Both the position numbers and the translations under genes were made by a program. A DNA stretch of 61,710 bases, filler included. It is 4 parts of 4 records of this genome, joined end to end, with 100 filler letters (N's around TTAATTAATTAA, not from the genome) between each part and the next. Parts side by side here need not be neighbours in the genome. Positions count along the whole stretch, not along the records: positions 45,101 to 61,710 come from SRR22947725_6798; 3 more parts are not named here. The stretch is one strand, 5' to 3'. The notes beneath the pieces were generated by a model. The model saw only the letters and a program-made list of their open reading frames with translations. It searched no databases and was not told the origin of the DNA. Of this stretch, positions 58,892 to 61,710 are shown piece by piece. How positions within the stretch are numbered: the first letter of the stretch is position 1; each line of letters opens with the position of its first letter.

Positions 58892-59776
58892 ATGATTAAT
58901 ATTTTTAAAAACAGGCTAAAAGTTATTTTTCGATCACAAGAAATTTCTAAAAAGTGGTATAAATTAGCAGCTTACCGGAGCGATGAGGTAATAAAATATT
59001 TACAGAACTTAAACAACATAGAATTACATCGGAAAAATGAAGAAATCACATTTGAAATGTCAAAGAAGACACAGATAGCCAATTCTTTAGAATATAATGG
59101 AATTTCCCTCGTTAAAGATTTTCTAAGTGCAGTCAAATGCGATGATTGTGCAAATGATATCAAAAGATTAACAGGTTCTTTTTCAAAAGCTGATACAAAT
59201 CGTTGGAAAAATTTAAAAGTAGTTGATGATGGATCACTATCATATGGTGATATGAGCAACTTTAGTGGAACCGTCGTAAATATCCGAACGGGGCAGGATA
59301 AAGGTATGATTGATATCTTTAATATAGATAAATTGATGCCAAGTTTTGAGTCCATAAAAGAAAGTTTGATACAGAATGAACTCCTTCAAGAAATTTTTAA
59401 TAAAAAAGATTTAAAAGCAGGCAACTTAAATGTGTATATAAATCAAGGAATAACAGAGACGCGAGGCTTTCATGTAGATACATTTTCAAAGAAAATAAAA
59501 TTTTTTATTTATTTAACGGATGTAAATACTCTCGATGATGGCCCATATTGTTTTGTAAAAAACACACATACAAATTCACCGCTTAAATATTTTCACAAAG
59601 AAATTTTAAAATATCCTAAAGCAACTACGGACTCCTTGGTGTTTGATACAGAAGATGTTATACCTGTATTAGCAGCTAGAGGTAGCATGATAATCTCTGA
59701 TCAATCTGGGATTCATCGAGGATTTCCTCAAAAAGCCAGTGGGTATAGGGCAGTAATTGTTTTGTCGACTGATTAG
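58892..59776 (+). CDS. PhyH-like 2-oxoglutarate/Fe(II) dioxygenase
   Basis: FHVDT (HxD), KFFIYLTDV...DGP, G.....D..GIHRG (distal His) and a terminal R. Confidence 0.75.
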   Translation: MINIFKNRLKVIFRSQEISKKWYKLAAYRSDEVIKYLQNLNNIELHRKNEEITFEMSKKTQIANSLEYNGISLVKDFLSAVKCDDCANDIKRLTGSFSKADTNRWKNLKVVDDGSLSYGDMSNFSGTVVNIRTGQDKGMIDIFNIDKLMPSFESIKESLIQNELLQEIFNKKDLKAGNLNVYINQGITETRGFHVDTFSKKIKFFIYLTDVNTLDDGPYCFVKNTHTNSPLKYFHKEILKYPKATTDSLVFDTEDVIPVLAARGSMIISDQSGIHRGFPQKASGYRAVIVLSTD

Positions 59777-59778
59777 GC

Positions 59779-60918
59779 ATGTATATTTTAAGATGTAATG
59801 AAGTTAATGTGTATGTGTTTAAACACAGTGAGATGGCCTATTTCACTAAAAATGAACTTAAAAAAATGCAGAAAAAGAATATTCTATTTTTATATATTGG
59901 AGGACATATCCCAGAAAATAGTAGTTTATTTGGTATAGTTCAAAGTAGGTTGGAGCATTTCTCATTAGTAATTGCTGGTTACCACGCTCTTAATCACTTC
60001 GGACTCAATCTGAAAGATTCGTCAACGATAGAGTTGAGTGGCTTTAATTTCTTACCAAGTTTTTCTTATAGGGCTGTTTCAAAGCAATCAAAAGATTGCC
60101 TTTTTTATTCAGGGAATTTAACTCCGCGTAAGAATTTTAGAGAACTTTTAAGATTTGTTTTATATTATAATAATCGCAATTCTCAGAATTTAATTAAAAG
60201 TGTCTCTGTAAGTCTTGTATCACGTAGTAAATTTGATCATGTTTTAATAGCTTTTTTGAAAGTGATTTTAAAAAATACACCTGTGCAAATAAAAAGTAAG
60301 TTTTTTCAAGGCCAACTATCAAGACAGGAGGTGTTTAGACTAATAGATCATTCGAAATTTGTGTTTGCGCCATACATTGATGAAGGAGCTGCACGGATTA
60401 TTGCTGAAGCTGAAGTCCTGGGAAAACCCTTAATATTTAATAAAAATATGATTGGGAGTTCTGATGCCTTTCTTGATCCTAGCGAAAACTTAATGTACGA
60501 TAGATATCCTGATATTAATCTAGAACGCGTTATAAAAACTAAAAATTGTAATGATAAAAAGAAACTATATCTAGAAAAATATAATAAGTTAAAAATTAAA
60601 AAAATTTTGAAAGAGAGACTAAATTTGGAGATGCAAAATAATGTTAATTTGATTAATGCGTTTTCCGGCCATCAGAATAACCTACCAACAGCCTGGACTA
60701 ACAAACATACTGATGAAATTAATGACCTCAAATCTGCCAGACTTTTCTATGATATTCTTGTAGGTAAGGAGAAATATTCATTTAGATATTCAAATGAATC
60801 AACACTCAAATTATCAACTAGTATTATTTTTAAACGAATGTTGGGTAAAGCATATGTATATAAATATCTCATTGATATTTTAATCCTTAGCTATCGATTA
60901 AGATCAAGGAATAGATAA
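59779..60918 (+). CDS. Putative GT-B glycosyltransferase (divergent GT4-like)
   Basis: RKNF and EGAARIIAEA..LGKP (EX7E-like) motifs; locus context. Confidence 0.6.
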   Translation: MYILRCNEVNVYVFKHSEMAYFTKNELKKMQKKNILFLYIGGHIPENSSLFGIVQSRLEHFSLVIAGYHALNHFGLNLKDSSTIELSGFNFLPSFSYRAVSKQSKDCLFYSGNLTPRKNFRELLRFVLYYNNRNSQNLIKSVSVSLVSRSKFDHVLIAFLKVILKNTPVQIKSKFFQGQLSRQEVFRLIDHSKFVFAPYIDEGAARIIAEAEVLGKPLIFNKNMIGSSDAFLDPSENLMYDRYPDINLERVIKTKNCNDKKKLYLEKYNKLKIKKILKERLNLEMQNNVNLINAFSGHQNNLPTAWTNKHTDEINDLKSARLFYDILVGKEKYSFRYSNESTLKLSTSIIFKRMLGKAYVYKYLIDILILSYRLRSRNR

Positions 60919-60919
60919 A

Positions 60920-61710
60920 CTGGAACTTTTCGTATGTGACTCCCCTTTCCAACTGCTATGTGCAATAGAGCGTTCACAACAATTACGTGAGGGTGCAAAA
61001 TCTACAACATTGATTTATTTAGAAAAAGTAACAACTAGCTCAGCTACTAAAGACATTGTTAATAACATAATGCGCCAAAATTATTTTAATCAACAATATT
61101 ATATTTCTCGCTGGGCAAATAATGTGTATGCGACAGAATTTAAAATCGCTATGTTTGCATGGCTCATTAGTTATAAATGGAAAGTTGATAACTTATACAT
61201 TGGAGATTACCGTTGGAGGCATTTTATCTGGTTTATGTCCGCGTTCATAGAAGTTAAAGTATGGTTGATAGATGACGGACTGCATACCACATATCACTAT
61301 GGGATGCTGGATAGTAAGCGAATGTTTTCAGTTCAAGACAGTTCATCGTCGAAATTAAGTAAATTATTTTACATTTTGTTTCCACGGTTATTAAGAAGTT
61401 TTGGAAAAAAGTATAAATTTTCATATTTTTCTCTCTTCCAGCCGCCTGACGGTTGCACTTGGGTAAAAAATGAACTTAATTGTTTGAAACAATTAGCTTA
61501 TGTGTTTTGTTTCGAAGATGTGGTTGCTAATTATATTATAATTGGTCAACCTCTGTCAGAGCTTGGCATTATTACCCTGAATAATGAACTAGATTTATTG
61601 AAAACAGTTGTCTTGGAGATGCCGCGAGGAGAAGTTATTTACATTAAGCATAGATCAGATAGTAAAGAAAAACTACAATCAATAAATGACTTTGCATCAG
61701 TACGAGAACT
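60920..61710 (+). CDS. Putative sialyl/nonulosonyl-transferase-like protein (3' truncated; absent from the ORF track)
   Basis: The frame is open to the window end from a CTG after AAGGA: LELFVCDSPFQLLCAIE...LYIGDY...LIDDG...IGQPLSE...YIKHR. Confidence 0.6.
   Translation, partial: MELFVCDSPFQLLCAIERSQQLREGAKSTTLIYLEKVTTSSATKDIVNNIMRQNYFNQQYYISRWANNVYATEFKIAMFAWLISYKWKVDNLYIGDYRWRHFIWFMSAFIEVKVWLIDDGLHTTYHYGMLDSKRMFSVQDSSSSKLSKLFYILFPRLLRSFGKKYKFSYFSLFQPPDGCTWVKNELNCLKQLAYVFCFEDVVANYIIIGQPLSELGIITLNNELDLLKTVVLEMPRGEVIYIKHRSDSKEKLQSINDFASVRE

Noticed and set aside
1..61710. CRISPR arrays, rRNA, riboswitches, prophage or retroelement genes
   Set aside because: I saw no regularly spaced repeats or recognisable genes by eye; a covariance-model search was not possible.

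Overview
This window is not one locus. It is four unrelated bacterial contigs joined by 100-bp artificial linkers (N44-TTAATTAATTAA-N44 at 12642-12741, 28489-28588 and 45001-45100). Taxonomic labels below are my impression from composition, gene order and protein style, not search results. Contig A (1-12641; very AT-rich, compact, SAR86-like gammaproteobacterium) carries hisB'HAF(IE), a GH16 beta-glucanase lipoprotein, an Na+/alanine symporter, a glutaredoxin, an SDR, and a reduced rpmF'-fabD-fabG-acpP-fabF-mltG-tmk-holB cluster with no plsX, fabH or pabC. Contig B (12742-28488; Opitutales/Verrucomicrobia-like) carries tig-clpP-clpX, aroK, dus, lnt, two tandem stand-alone HDOD paralogues, gap-pgk-tpiA and two BCP-type peroxiredoxins. 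Contig C (28589-45000; PVC/Lentisphaerae-like) carries a tightly coupled operon of an atypical P1B ATPase, an ABC ATPase with an acidic tail, a permease and an anchored unknown protein. This is followed by a degenerate histidine kinase-receiver, a Zn-ribbon Hanks-type pseudokinase overlapping a SNF2 ATPase, comM, a decayed SGNH gene and a complete IS3-family element (IRs, TAGG target duplication, A8G frameshift site). Contig D (45101-61710; probably alphaproteobacterial) is a surface-polysaccharide locus with a Neisseria-type neuABC set, a formyltransferase/deacetylase pair nested between neuA and neuB, a WbuXYZ-type amidination trio, a methyltransferase, a 2OG-Fe(II) dioxygenase and an uncalled sialyltransferase-like ORF. 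The best candidates for undescribed systems are the double-pseudokinase/SNF2 module, the P1B-ATPase/ABC operon and the heavily tailored sialic-acid glycan pathway. I saw no rRNA, tRNA or CRISPR array.
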